Shown in pieces: positions 28,953 through 38,912 of a DNA stretch of 64,000 nt. Numbering within the stretch: position 1 is the first letter of the stretch; each line of letters opens with the position of its first letter. Origin of the DNA: Candidatus Cloacimonadales bacterium (GTDB taxonomy: Bacteria > Cloacimonadota > Cloacimonadia > Cloacimonadales > JAIOQZ01); assembly GCA_963665815.1 (NCBI GenBank), contig OY762463.1, positions 352,001 to 416,000 on the forward strand. Reading direction: 5' to 3'. Both the position numbers and the translations under genes were made by a program. Below the pieces are notes generated by a model, which saw only the letters and a list, made by a program, of their open reading frames with translations, was not told the origin of the DNA and searched no databases.

Positions 28953-29968
28953 GGATACTTATTACTCAAACGGCTTTTTTGGGAGATGCAGTTATTCTGA
29001 CGGCGTTAATCAGGGAGTGTCATAGAGTTTTTGAGAACAGTAAGATTGATGTATTAGTGTGTCCTCCGGCAGATCAGTTATTGAAAAACAATCCATACAT
29101 AAATGATGTCTTAGTATTTGATAAAAAGAAAGAAAAACTTAAAAGTTTTATAAGCAATCTGAAAACTATTAGAAATAACAAATATGATTTATCACTTAAT
29201 GCACATAGCTCATTCACAACTATCCTGTTCAGTGTTTTAGGAGGAATTCCTGAAAGAACAGGTTTTGACAGGCGATCTTCCAGATTTCTTCTTACAAAGA
29301 GAGTTCCTTTTGTTGAAAGTAAAAAAAGAGTACTTAAGAATCTGGATTTACTCAGTCCATTCAGTAATAAAGAAATGTCATTTCAGACAGAGCTGTTTCC
29401 TTCAAAAGAGGATTTTAACAGAACTGTAAGTTTGATAGTCAGTTTTACGGGAAAGAGGAAAAAGGTTGTAATATTCCCAGGTTCAGTCTGGAATACAAAA
29501 AGATGGTGTGAAGAATATTTTGTGGAGTTGGTTAAACTTCTTTCGGTAGAGGATATTAGTATCATCTTCTCAGGGAGTAATGGTGAATATGCTCTATGTC
29601 ATGAGATTATTAACCAGTCTGGTATAGATTGTCTTAATCTGGCAGGTAAATGTACATTGCTGGAGACGGCTGCAGTTATTGCTGAATCTGATGTTGTTGT
29701 CTGTAATGACAGTGGAGCATTGCATATAGCCAATGCAATGAAGACAGATGCAGTCGTTTTCTTTGGGCCTACCGTAGAAAAATTAGGTTACTTTCCTCTT
29801 GGCAAAAAAGATGTTGTTCTTGAAACTGACCTTGACTGTAGACCTTGTGGACTTCATGGAAGCAAGGAATGTCCTTTGGGGCATCATAACTGCATGAAGA
29901 AGATTAAACCAATTACTGCCTTTAATGAGGTAATGAATTTATTGAATATAGAACAGGAATTAAAGTAA
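28949..29968 (+). CDS. GT9 family LPS heptosyltransferase-like
   Basis: 'FLGD', 'PGS.W.TKRW', 'NDSG..HIA.A', 'FGPT', 'CRPC'; ATGA overlap with upstream gene. Confidence 0.9.
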   Translation: MRILITQTAFLGDAVILTALIRECHRVFENSKIDVLVCPPADQLLKNNPYINDVLVFDKKKEKLKSFISNLKTIRNNKYDLSLNAHSSFTTILFSVLGGIPERTGFDRRSSRFLLTKRVPFVESKKRVLKNLDLLSPFSNKEMSFQTELFPSKEDFNRTVSLIVSFTGKRKKVVIFPGSVWNTKRWCEEYFVELVKLLSVEDISIIFSGSNGEYALCHEIINQSGIDCLNLAGKCTLLETAAVIAESDVVVCNDSGALHIANAMKTDAVVFFGPTVEKLGYFPLGKKDVVLETDLDCRPCGLHGSKECPLGHHNCMKKIKPITAFNEVMNLLNIEQELK

Positions 29969-31056
29969 TGAGATTACTTGATAAATATATTATAAGAGAA
30001 TATTTACGAACACTTTTCATAATTCTGATGTCTTTCTCTGTTATTTTTATTATTGTTGATATTTTTGATCAGCTTCCGAGATTATTAAGGAATGGTGCTG
30101 AATTCAATCAGGCAATAATATTTTTCATTCTCAGAATTCCATACTTGTTTATAATGACTTCAGCTCTTGGAGTCTTACTATCGGGTTTATTTCTTATGAA
30201 TACATTATCGAGATATAATGAGTCTATTGCGATAAGAGCTGCCGGAATAAGTATTACAAGAATGGTTTTACCATTGTTTGTTTTTGCGTTTTTATACAGT
30301 ATTCTGATAATGATAGTAGGAGAATTTGTTCTACCAAAAACGGAAAGCTATAGAGACTATGTCTATAATGTTGAGATTAAAGGGAAAGAACGGCAGGACA
30401 ATAGAGTTCGATCTAATATTCATTATCCGGGTAAAGACAATTATCTGTTTGCAATAAATTATTTTGATGGTTACAAGAACGAAATAAGGAATCTTGATAT
30501 TTCTCAGTTCGATTATGATACCGGTGAAGTGAAAAGGCAGATTATCAGTGAAAGAGCATTATGGAAAGATAATATCTGGATTGGTCAGAAGTGTTATGTG
30601 CGGGAAAGAAACAAAGATGGTCGTGTATACAATCAATACTATGATAAGCTGAGGATACCTGAACTTGATGTTACTCCTGAAGGCTTCATTAAGAAAATGA
30701 AAGATCCGAATTCTATGAATTTCTTCGAGCTTTACGATTATATTAAGAGACTTAAACATATCGGAGAAATTCATAACAAAGAACTGGTAGATCTGCACTT
30801 CAAAGTTGCATTTCCTTTTGCTAACTTCATAATCATTCTGTTCTGTGTTCCTCTTGCTTCTGCATCAACAAGATCCAAAGGGCGAGGGATCGTTTTCCTT
30901 ATAGGACTATTGATTTGCTTCCTGTACTTGTCAACGCTCAGAATAAGTCAGAGTCTTGGTCATAATGGTGTGCTGGAACCCTGGCTTGCAGCCTGGATGC
31001 CTAATATAATATTCCTGTTAGCCGGTATTGGATTTGTTGTTAAATCTGAGATTTGA
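29968..31056 (+). CDS. LptF/LptG family LPS export ABC permease
   Basis: 'LLDKYI', 'NE.IA.RAAGIS', 3+3 TM layout with periplasmic domain, 'AAW.PN'. Confidence 0.9.
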   Translation: MRLLDKYIIREYLRTLFIILMSFSVIFIIVDIFDQLPRLLRNGAEFNQAIIFFILRIPYLFIMTSALGVLLSGLFLMNTLSRYNESIAIRAAGISITRMVLPLFVFAFLYSILIMIVGEFVLPKTESYRDYVYNVEIKGKERQDNRVRSNIHYPGKDNYLFAINYFDGYKNEIRNLDISQFDYDTGEVKRQIISERALWKDNIWIGQKCYVRERNKDGRVYNQYYDKLRIPELDVTPEGFIKKMKDPNSMNFFELYDYIKRLKHIGEIHNKELVDLHFKVAFPFANFIIILFCVPLASASTRSKGRGIVFLIGLLICFLYLSTLRISQSLGHNGVLEPWLAAWMPNIIFLLAGIGFVVKSEI

Positions 31057-31074
31057 TATGAGATTTCGCAGAAA

Positions 31075-32955
31075 TTAATATGTAAAAACTACTCCACTGT
31101 TAGGGAATACCCACTCATCTGTGGAAGTACTGACAATAATTTCCGTTGCTGCTTCTTTCACTTCCGGAAACTTGTTCTGCCCTGAAAAGATTAGTACAGG
31201 TTCAACTTGATTAAGTACATTCTCGTAAACAAATTTGATATATATACCTTTCGTTAACTCATTAATGAACACACTCATCTGATGCTGTGATTTTGGATAG
31301 TACGTTGCTGTTTTAATCAAAAAAGTTACTTCATTACCTATCATATTTTGCAATGATTCATGTGAACAGTTTATTTCCAGACAACCGGATTTTATTGATG
31401 TTTCAATATTAAGGGAGATATCATTCACCTTTATTTCATTCACCAGGAACGTTTTGGAGCTTAAAGGGAGTTTATCATCCAAAAGCCATCTATATTCGAC
31501 ATTTTTCTTCAGAAAGTAACGTGACAGTTTTTTGGAATCTGTTGCACAAGCGATAATAAAGCTTTTATCATCAAGTAGTTTGTCAAAAGATAAGGAGGTT
31601 TCGACTTTGTAATAATTAGAAAATTCCTGTTCTTGAGGAACACTGAATTTAATCGTGTGACGAAAGTTTCTTCTGTAATGAATATCTCTGTCTTTATCGC
31701 GGAATAATTTCTGTATAATTTCATGCACAATGATTCCGGACACTTCATCATTACCAAGTTTCTGATTTAATGATGCTTTTATTACATCCCTCAGTTTTCG
31801 ATCTGAGAAATCTTTCGGAAAGAAGTTTCTGAGGAGCAGAGGTGAGGAATGTATTAGTTTACCGTTTCTGTAATATTCACGAGGAGCACGTCTTCCAACC
31901 TGACAAAGAAGTTCATATGGAGAACCTTTGAATTGACTTGCAGCTTTCTCAAAACATGCAGTTTCATTTTCGCTGCCAAGTATAACAACTTTTGAGCCGA
32001 CTCTGCAATTATCTAATTTAGTAACATCAACTGTTATCATGTCCATGCTTACTTTTCCAATAACAGGACATTCCGTATTATTAATTAAAACTATTCCCTT
32101 ATTAGACAACAAATAGTCATAACCATCGGCGTAACCAATAGGAATAACTGCATACTTAATGTGATCTCTCACTTGATATGTTTTGTTATATCCTATATAT
32201 TCACCGGGGTCGGCAGACTTGATGAGACTCACTTCAGACTCAAAAATCATTACAGGTTTAAGATTCAGTTTCTCTCTCAGTTCATCAGTTGAATATATTC
32301 CGTAGGACAGAAGACCAATTCTTACCATATTAGCAATGTTATTGCTTATGTTAATCATTCCTGCACTATTCGAAATATGAATATACTCAGGTTTGAATTT
32401 CAGTTCTGATAATATCTCTTCAAACTTTTTCAGTTGATAACTTGAATATTCTATGTCATTCTCACTTGCAGAATAATGTGAGAAAACTCCCTGTATGTCT
32501 ATGTTCTTGAGTTTTGAAGTTTTTTCTATCAGCTCAAGAGACTTTATATATTGAACTCCACTTCGTCCCATACCTGTATCAATATTTATATGAACAGGAT
32601 ATAAAGAGCTGAGAACAGAGTTAAACTCTTCGGCAAACTCAATATCTGAAATGGATGGTATTAAGTTGAAACTGATTATATCAGATATCTCTGATTTTAA
32701 TGAGGGAGAAAGAATAAGAATTGGAGCTGCAATACCTTGATACCTTAAGAATGTACCTTCTTCAGCATTTGCAACTCCCAGAAATTTTACATTGTTTTCA
32801 AGTGCAGTTTCAGCAATCTCAAGAGCACCATGACCATAGGCATCTGCTTTCACAATCTGCATAATCTCTGTCTCAGGAGAAATGAATGCTTTCAATTCCC
32901 GGAGGTTATGCTCGTAGTTATCGAGATTTATCTTTAATCTGCTTCTTCTGTTCAT
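31075..32955 (-). CDS. alr: Alanine racemase with ~250-aa C-terminal extension
   Basis: 'VKADAYGHG' (PLP Lys), 'DTGMGR', 'NSAG', 'IGY' (catalytic Tyr), 'GYADG', 'SMD'. Confidence 0.9.
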   Translation of the reverse strand: MNRRSRLKINLDNYEHNLRELKAFISPETEIMQIVKADAYGHGALEIAETALENNVKFLGVANAEEGTFLRYQGIAAPILILSPSLKSEISDIISFNLIPSISDIEFAEEFNSVLSSLYPVHINIDTGMGRSGVQYIKSLELIEKTSKLKNIDIQGVFSHYSASENDIEYSSYQLKKFEEILSELKFKPEYIHISNSAGMINISNNIANMVRIGLLSYGIYSTDELREKLNLKPVMIFESEVSLIKSADPGEYIGYNKTYQVRDHIKYAVIPIGYADGYDYLLSNKGIVLINNTECPVIGKVSMDMITVDVTKLDNCRVGSKVVILGSENETACFEKAASQFKGSPYELLCQVGRRAPREYYRNGKLIHSSPLLLRNFFPKDFSDRKLRDVIKASLNQKLGNDEVSGIIVHEIIQKLFRDKDRDIHYRRNFRHTIKFSVPQEQEFSNYYKVETSLSFDKLLDDKSFIIACATDSKKLSRYFLKKNVEYRWLLDDKLPLSSKTFLVNEIKVNDISLNIETSIKSGCLEINCSHESLQNMIGNEVTFLIKTATYYPKSQHQMSVFINELTKGIYIKFVYENVLNQVEPVLIFSGQNKFPEVKEAATEIIVSTSTDEWVFPNSGVVFTY

Positions 32956-34299
32956 CTATTTAAAATATTTCGCTGCAATGTCTGCAAGATGTGATCTTTC
33001 ACCTTTTACAAGGGTTACATGTCCAACAACATCTTCATATTTAAGTTTCTCAACAGCGGTACTCAAACCATTTGATTCTGAGTCAAGATAAGGGATATCT
33101 ATCTGGTATGGATCTCCAGTTAACACAATTTTAGTGCCTTCACCTGCACGAGTTATAATAGTTTTCATTTCGTGAGGAGAAAGATTCTGGGCTTCGTCAA
33201 TTACAATGTATTGATTTGGCAGAGATCTACCTCTGATGTAAGTAAGCGGTTCCAACTCAATAAATCCGAAATCAAGATAGTCTTCTATTGTAGGTCTTTT
33301 TTTACTGAAAACCTTCCCATTAGACATACCGTCAATCTTGTCACTTTTACCTGAAATCAGGATATCCATATTGTCATGAATTGGCTGCATCCATGGTTTA
33401 AACTTATCTGCTTTTGAACCAGGAAGAAAACCAAGATCTTTACCAAGTGGAAAGATTGGTCTGGAAACAACAAGTCTTGTGTACTTGCTTTCTTCTACAA
33501 CCTGATTCAATCCGGCAGCCATAGCGAGTAATGTTTTACCGGTTCCCGCCTGTCCAACAAGACTTACAAGCTTTACATTTTCATCACAGAGAAGATCCAG
33601 AGCACATCTTTGTTCCTCGTTCCTTGGAGTGATTCCGAATATTTCTCCACTTTTACAGCTTTTAAGTGGATATAAAGTTTTATTGGCTTCGTTGTATCTT
33701 GTTAAAATACTGTCTTCTTTATAGTAAACTTTTACAAACTCATTTGGAAAGTATTTTTCTCCCTGAACATTCAGATAGTCATTTCTCATTAACGAATCAA
33801 ATGTTTTTTGAACTACACGTTTTTCTCTGATTCCTGTATAAAGTTCATCAAACTTAATCTTGTCATGTTCGTAGTTTTCTGAATCAATACCAAGTGCATT
33901 TGCTTTTATTCTGACATTTGCATCTTTAGAAATGAGCCATACAGCTTTATCCGGATATTTATCCTTCATATTTATTGCAGTGCTGAGTATCCTGTTATCA
34001 TTATTGTCTTCCATTTTATAGCCGGAGATTGATTTTGCAACAGTATTAGCAAGAGTAACTTTAATAATTCCGTCGTGTGGAGTGGCAACGCCTTCCTGAA
34101 GAGAACCTTTTGTTCTGAGATCATCCAGAATTCTACCAATTTGTCTGGCGTTTCTGCCTTTTTCATCCTGACCTTTTTTAAAATTATCAATTTCCTCAAT
34201 TACTGTAATAGGAATAACAACTTCATTATCCTCAAAGCTGAACAATGCCTGAGGATTATGAATTAATACATTTGTGTCTAAAACAAAAATCTTTTTCAT
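32956..34299 (-). CDS. PhoH-family protein (PIN domain + ATPase)
   Basis: 'VLDTNVL' PIN; Walker A 'GQAGTGKT'; 'YIRGRS', 'IDEAQN', 'TGDP.QID'. Confidence 0.93.
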   Translation of the reverse strand: MKKIFVLDTNVLIHNPQALFSFEDNEVVIPITVIEEIDNFKKGQDEKGRNARQIGRILDDLRTKGSLQEGVATPHDGIIKVTLANTVAKSISGYKMEDNNDNRILSTAINMKDKYPDKAVWLISKDANVRIKANALGIDSENYEHDKIKFDELYTGIREKRVVQKTFDSLMRNDYLNVQGEKYFPNEFVKVYYKEDSILTRYNEANKTLYPLKSCKSGEIFGITPRNEEQRCALDLLCDENVKLVSLVGQAGTGKTLLAMAAGLNQVVEESKYTRLVVSRPIFPLGKDLGFLPGSKADKFKPWMQPIHDNMDILISGKSDKIDGMSNGKVFSKKRPTIEDYLDFGFIELEPLTYIRGRSLPNQYIVIDEAQNLSPHEMKTIITRAGEGTKIVLTGDPYQIDIPYLDSESNGLSTAVEKLKYEDVVGHVTLVKGERSHLADIAAKYFK

Positions 34300-34332
34300 A
34301 TTGTCTCCAATTGATACTCAAACAAAATTATG

Positions 34333-34908
34333 TTATTGTATGCTTTTCTTTAAATCTTCTGGTGTATTTATATTATGTAAGATACTGCAATCTTCCGTTC
34401 TAAGCAAATCTGTTGAATCAATTTTATTAATAACGGATTTCAAATTATCAGTCATTTCAGCATTCTCAACAGCTTTAAGAGCTTCCGGTTTAAGTACAAC
34501 CGGATGTCCAAATCTTTTTCTGTCAAGTTCAACAAAAGGAATTACAACATCTTTTTCAGTTATAAAATCCTTCATATTTTTCAACACAGTTTCAGTTACA
34601 AACGGGCAGTCTACGGGGTGTATAAATGTCTGATATTCTCCATTGAGTAGAGTTATTCCGGTTTTCACGGAAGAAAACATTCCAAGTTCTCTGTTATTGT
34701 TGAGGATTATGCTGCAACTATAGTTCTGTAGAGCTTCTGTAACCGATTTATGATTATCTCCTGTTACAACAATAATCTTATCTGCAATATTTTCATATTT
34801 TTTTACAATATGTACAATAAAAGGCTTATCTTTAAATGTTGTCAAAGCTTTATCTTCACCCATTCTTGATGACTTACCTGCACATAAAATTACAACTGCT
34901 GTTTTCAA
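34333..34908 (-). CDS. MocA/MobA-like nucleotidyltransferase family protein
   Basis: 'LCAGKSSRMG.DKAL', 'GMFSSV', 'VDCP', 'GHPV', 'NINTPED'. Confidence 0.85.
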   Translation of the reverse strand: MKTAVVILCAGKSSRMGEDKALTTFKDKPFIVHIVKKYENIADKIIVVTGDNHKSVTEALQNYSCSIILNNNRELGMFSSVKTGITLLNGEYQTFIHPVDCPFVTETVLKNMKDFITEKDVVIPFVELDRKRFGHPVVLKPEALKAVENAEMTDNLKSVINKIDSTDLLRTEDCSILHNINTPEDLKKSIQ

Positions 34909-34914
34909 TATAGC

Positions 34915-35442
34915 CTACTTGACGAGTTTGGATATGTCCTTAAATTGAGGGATATTTGCATCTTGTATCATCTCGAAAATAAACATTTCTGTCGAAGATA
35001 TAATACATCCTTCCTGTCTCAGTCTGTTAATTGCAATATCTTTGTTCTCCATTGTTCTGGAGGAAACAGCATCAGCTATCACGTATACATCAAAGCCTTT
35101 CTTTTTTGCGTCAAGAGCGGTTTGAGTAATACAAATATGAGCCTCAATACCATATATAACAACATTGGTTTTTCTATGAATAAATCTGTCTATTTTGTCA
35201 TCAAAGATACTGAAACGGGTTTTTATGAATGGTTTGGCATGAGATGGCACATATATATCTTCCAGTGTTTTTCCAAGTCCCTCAGGGTATTGCTCAGTAA
35301 CGAATATAGGTATGTTCTGCATTTCTGCAAACTTATTTAAAATAGAGCTGTTTTTAATAATTTTGTCCATTTCAGGTATTACATTTCTGAATTTTTCCTG
35401 AATATCAACCATCAGGAAAAGTGTGTTTTTTGACGTAATCAT
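34915..35442 (-). CDS. Isochorismatase-family hydrolase (YcaC-related)
   Basis: 'VDIQE', 'TEQYP.GLG.T', 'K..FS', 'GIEAHIC..QT'. Confidence 0.9.
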   Translation of the reverse strand: MITSKNTLFLMVDIQEKFRNVIPEMDKIIKNSSILNKFAEMQNIPIFVTEQYPEGLGKTLEDIYVPSHAKPFIKTRFSIFDDKIDRFIHRKTNVVIYGIEAHICITQTALDAKKKGFDVYVIADAVSSRTMENKDIAINRLRQEGCIISSTEMFIFEMIQDANIPQFKDISKLVK

Positions 35443-35475
35443 CTATTCTCCTTAGTAATCAAAAAATAATATATA

Positions 35476-35524
35476 TATTGACATAACTAATTACCTTAAT
35501 TAGTTAATTATTAATATGTCAATA
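35476..35524. promoter_or_regulatory. Divergent promoter region with nested perfect inverted repeats
   Basis: TATTGACATA/TATGTCAATA (two opposed TTGACA) and TAACTAATTA-CCT-TAATTAGTTA. Confidence 0.5.
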
Positions 35525-35553
35525 GATTTAAATAAAAATATTGGATTGAATGC

Positions 35554-37194
35554 ATGATGAGAGGAAATATGAAAGATAAATTAACGGGAAACAATAATTC
35601 CAGCGATAATATAACAAGTAATCAGATACAGCATTTTAAGAATTTGACAAATATTGGTATAGCATTGTCAGTGGAAAAAGATACTGACAAAGTTTTTGAT
35701 CTTATACTGGAAGAAGCACTTCTCTTTACAAATGCCGATGGTGCAACAATATATACATTGTCAGATGATCGTAAAAAACTGGATTTCAAGCTTGTTTATA
35801 ACAGAACAATGAATATTATCATGGGTGGTAAACACTCTGATATTACATGGCCAAGCCTTGTTCTGAAAGAGGAAGATGGAGCTGAAAGTCACAAAAACAT
35901 GGCTACTTATGCAGCAAATACAGGTAAGGCAGTTAAGTTCGATGATGTATACAAGCAAACCATGTTTGACAACTCCGGCACAAAAAAGTTCGATGAAATG
36001 AATAATTATCGTTCTAAGTCAATGGTGGCAATTCCTCTCAAGGATCATGAAGACGATATTCTCGGAGTTATTCAGTTAATCAATCCAACTGATGCTGAAG
36101 GCAAAATTATTACATTTACAGATGATCACATGGAACTCTTGTCTTCTCTTTCTTCTATTACAGCTATGATAATGACAAACAGAAAGCTGATAGAGGGTCT
36201 TGAATCACTATTACACCAATTCATCAGGTCTATCGCAAAAACAATTGACCGTAAATCTAAATATACCGGTGGACATATCGCACGTGTTGCACTTTTAACT
36301 GAGAAGATTGCTGAAAGAATCAATACTACTAATAGAGGCTATTACAGAAATATTTTCTTTGATGATAACGAGATGAAAGAAATCAGCATGTCCGGCTGGA
36401 TGCATGATCTCGGTAAAATTATCACTCCTGAATGCATCATGGATAAAGGCACTAAGCTGGAATGTATCAATGATAGAATAGATCATGTTAAAACTCGGTT
36501 CAGTATGATAAAATCATTGATTAAGAAAGATATTAAAATAAAAGAAATTCAGAATGAAGATGCCGGTCATTTGAAAGATTTGCTTGCACAACTTCAAGAG
36601 GATCAGGTATTTATAGAACAGTGTAACATCGGTTCAGAGTTTATGGAGGACTGGGAGCTTGACAGAATTAAGAGTATTGCAGATTTCAGATACACATCAG
36701 ATGGTGAAACATATCACCTGATCAGTGAAGATGAATCTCGCAATCTTTGCATCAGAAAAGGAACTCTTCTTGGTGAAGAATTCGCTAAAATGAAGGAACA
36801 TGCTTCTGTTACAGCTTCAATGCTTAGTGAGTTGAGTTTCCCGCATAAATATGAAAATGTTGCTTTGTATGCATCTTCTCACCATGAGAAGATAAACGGA
36901 AAAGGTTATCCTGCCGGACTTTCCGGTGAAAAACTTCCGTTGCAGGCAAGAATAATTGCTGTCGCAGATTTGTTTGAAGCTTTGACAGCTGTTGACAGAC
37001 CTTATAAAAAAGGTAAAAAGCTTACGGAAGCTTTGACAATTATGGCATTCATGGCTAAAGATGGTGAGATTGATAAAAATCTGCTTGATTTGTTTATTGA
37101 TGAAAAAATGTATATTGATTATGCTGAAAAATACCTTGTAAAGGCTCAGATAGATGATGTTGATACTCGTGTGATAAAAGCATTATACAGATAA
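35554..37194 (+). CDS. GAF + HD-GYP phosphodiesterase
   Basis: N-terminal GAF; 'YTGGH', 'HDLGK', 'HHEKINGKGYP', 'AD.FEAL...RPYK'. Confidence 0.92.
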   Translation: MMRGNMKDKLTGNNNSSDNITSNQIQHFKNLTNIGIALSVEKDTDKVFDLILEEALLFTNADGATIYTLSDDRKKLDFKLVYNRTMNIIMGGKHSDITWPSLVLKEEDGAESHKNMATYAANTGKAVKFDDVYKQTMFDNSGTKKFDEMNNYRSKSMVAIPLKDHEDDILGVIQLINPTDAEGKIITFTDDHMELLSSLSSITAMIMTNRKLIEGLESLLHQFIRSIAKTIDRKSKYTGGHIARVALLTEKIAERINTTNRGYYRNIFFDDNEMKEISMSGWMHDLGKIITPECIMDKGTKLECINDRIDHVKTRFSMIKSLIKKDIKIKEIQNEDAGHLKDLLAQLQEDQVFIEQCNIGSEFMEDWELDRIKSIADFRYTSDGETYHLISEDESRNLCIRKGTLLGEEFAKMKEHASVTASMLSELSFPHKYENVALYASSHHEKINGKGYPAGLSGEKLPLQARIIAVADLFEALTAVDRPYKKGKKLTEALTIMAFMAKDGEIDKNLLDLFIDEKMYIDYAEKYLVKAQIDDVDTRVIKALYR

Positions 37195-37205
37195 AGAGAG
37201 AAAAA

Positions 37206-37937
37206 ATGAAACCTGTTGCCCTTGGTCAGAAAAGATATAGAGAGATTATAAAGTATCAATCTAAACGAAACAGAAAGAAAGATCGACTTGTTGTTGTTTC
37301 GGGAGAAAGATTGATGGAACAGCTTGCTGAAAAGAATGTGTTTCCAATTGAGGTGTTTGCAGTAGAGAAACGGCAGAAGTATCTCAGTATGTACTCTAAA
37401 TGCAAAACATTCTACTCTGTCAGTGAATCACAGATGAAGAGAATAACAGATGTTGTTACTCCACAGAAGATTGCAGGATTATATTTTACCGGAAGACGCA
37501 ATCAGGAGAAATCTGATAGATACGTCTATCTGGATAATATTAGTGATCCTGGAAATCTTGGTACAATTTTGAGAACAGCCTGTGCATTTGATTTACCTGT
37601 TTTAGTTTCCGATAGTTGCGCTGAACTGTACAATCCCAAAGTTGTCAGATCATCCATGGGAGCAGCTTTGTATCACAGTATAAAGCCTGTGAAGCTTAGT
37701 GAGTTCAAGTCTGATTATAAGATATATCTCGCAGATATGAACGGTACGAACATGAATGAAGTGAATGTTACTGATGAAAAATGGATATTGGTAATTGGCT
37801 CGGAAGCTCACGGACTTTCTGATTCCGTAAGAGAGCTTGGAGATGAAATTGTGTCTATCCCTATAGGGGATTCTATGGAATCTTTGAATGCATCAGTTGC
37901 AGCAGGAATTTTGATAAATAGATTTGTAACAAAATGA
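37206..37937 (+). CDS. TrmH/SpoU-family RNA methyltransferase
   Basis: 'DPGNLGTILRT', 'GSE..GLS', 'ESLNASVA'. Confidence 0.92.
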   Translation: MKPVALGQKRYREIIKYQSKRNRKKDRLVVVSGERLMEQLAEKNVFPIEVFAVEKRQKYLSMYSKCKTFYSVSESQMKRITDVVTPQKIAGLYFTGRRNQEKSDRYVYLDNISDPGNLGTILRTACAFDLPVLVSDSCAELYNPKVVRSSMGAALYHSIKPVKLSEFKSDYKIYLADMNGTNMNEVNVTDEKWILVIGSEAHGLSDSVRELGDEIVSIPIGDSMESLNASVAAGILINRFVTK

Positions 37938-38896
37938 ATAACATTATTAATGATATAAAGAAAGGTGTGGTTTTTTTGGCACCTTTGGCAGGATTTACTG
38001 ATCTGCCTTTCAGGATACTGTGCAAGATGAACGGGGCAGATGTACTTGTTACCGAAATGGTCAGTGCTGACGGTGTTATCAGAGATCAAAGCAAAACTCT
38101 TGATTATACTGTTTTCAGAGAGATAGAAAGACCTCTGGGAATTCAGTTATTTGGGTCTGATCCTCTGATTATGGCAAAAGCTGTAGAGAAACTGCTGCCC
38201 GATAAACCGGATTTCTTTGATGTTAACATGGGTTGTCCGGTTAAAAAGGTTGCAAAACGCTTTGCCGGGTCAGCATTAATGAAAACAGGCGAAATTGCAG
38301 GAGCTATAGTGCGTGAAATGAAACGGGCTCTCTCAGGAACTGATATTCCATTGTCTGTTAAAATCCGATCCGGCTGGGACGCAAACTCAATCAACGCTGT
38401 TGATTTTGCTAAATGCCTGGAAGACTCCGGTGCGGACTTTTTAACAGTTCACCCGAGAACAAGAGCTCAGATGTATTCCGGGGAAGCTGACCATAATGTA
38501 ACTGCTGCGGTAGTTGCAAATGTTTCCATTCCGGTTGTTGCAAATGGAGATATCAGAACTGTGGAGGATGCTGACAAAGTTAAAAAACTTACAGGCTGCT
38601 CATCACTGATGATAGGTCGGGGAGCCTTGGGCAAACCATGGATTTTTGATCAAATTAAACAATATTACTTGACTGGTGAGGTGAAGGAGTATTCTAAAGA
38701 GTTCAAGCTTGAAACGCTTAGAAAGCACCTTGAGCTGGCTATAGGTTATAAAGATACAAAAAAAACTGTTGTTGATCTGCGTTCTCATTTAGCTTATTAT
38801 ACAAAAGGTACTAAAGGTGGATCCAGAATCAGAGCTTTCATCAATAAATCGGAAAGTATGGATGATATTTACGAAGCAGTTGCTGAATTATGGTAA
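37934..38896 (+). CDS. dusB: tRNA dihydrouridine synthase
   Basis: 'LAPLAG.TD.PFR', 'NMGCP', 'VKIRSGW', 'H.RT', 'NGDI', 'MIGR...PW'. Confidence 0.9.
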   Translation: MNNIINDIKKGVVFLAPLAGFTDLPFRILCKMNGADVLVTEMVSADGVIRDQSKTLDYTVFREIERPLGIQLFGSDPLIMAKAVEKLLPDKPDFFDVNMGCPVKKVAKRFAGSALMKTGEIAGAIVREMKRALSGTDIPLSVKIRSGWDANSINAVDFAKCLEDSGADFLTVHPRTRAQMYSGEADHNVTAAVVANVSIPVVANGDIRTVEDADKVKKLTGCSSLMIGRGALGKPWIFDQIKQYYLTGEVKEYSKEFKLETLRKHLELAIGYKDTKKTVVDLRSHLAYYTKGTKGGSRIRAFINKSESMDDIYEAVAELW

Positions 38897-38912
38897 TAAA
38901 GGTTTTTAATAA

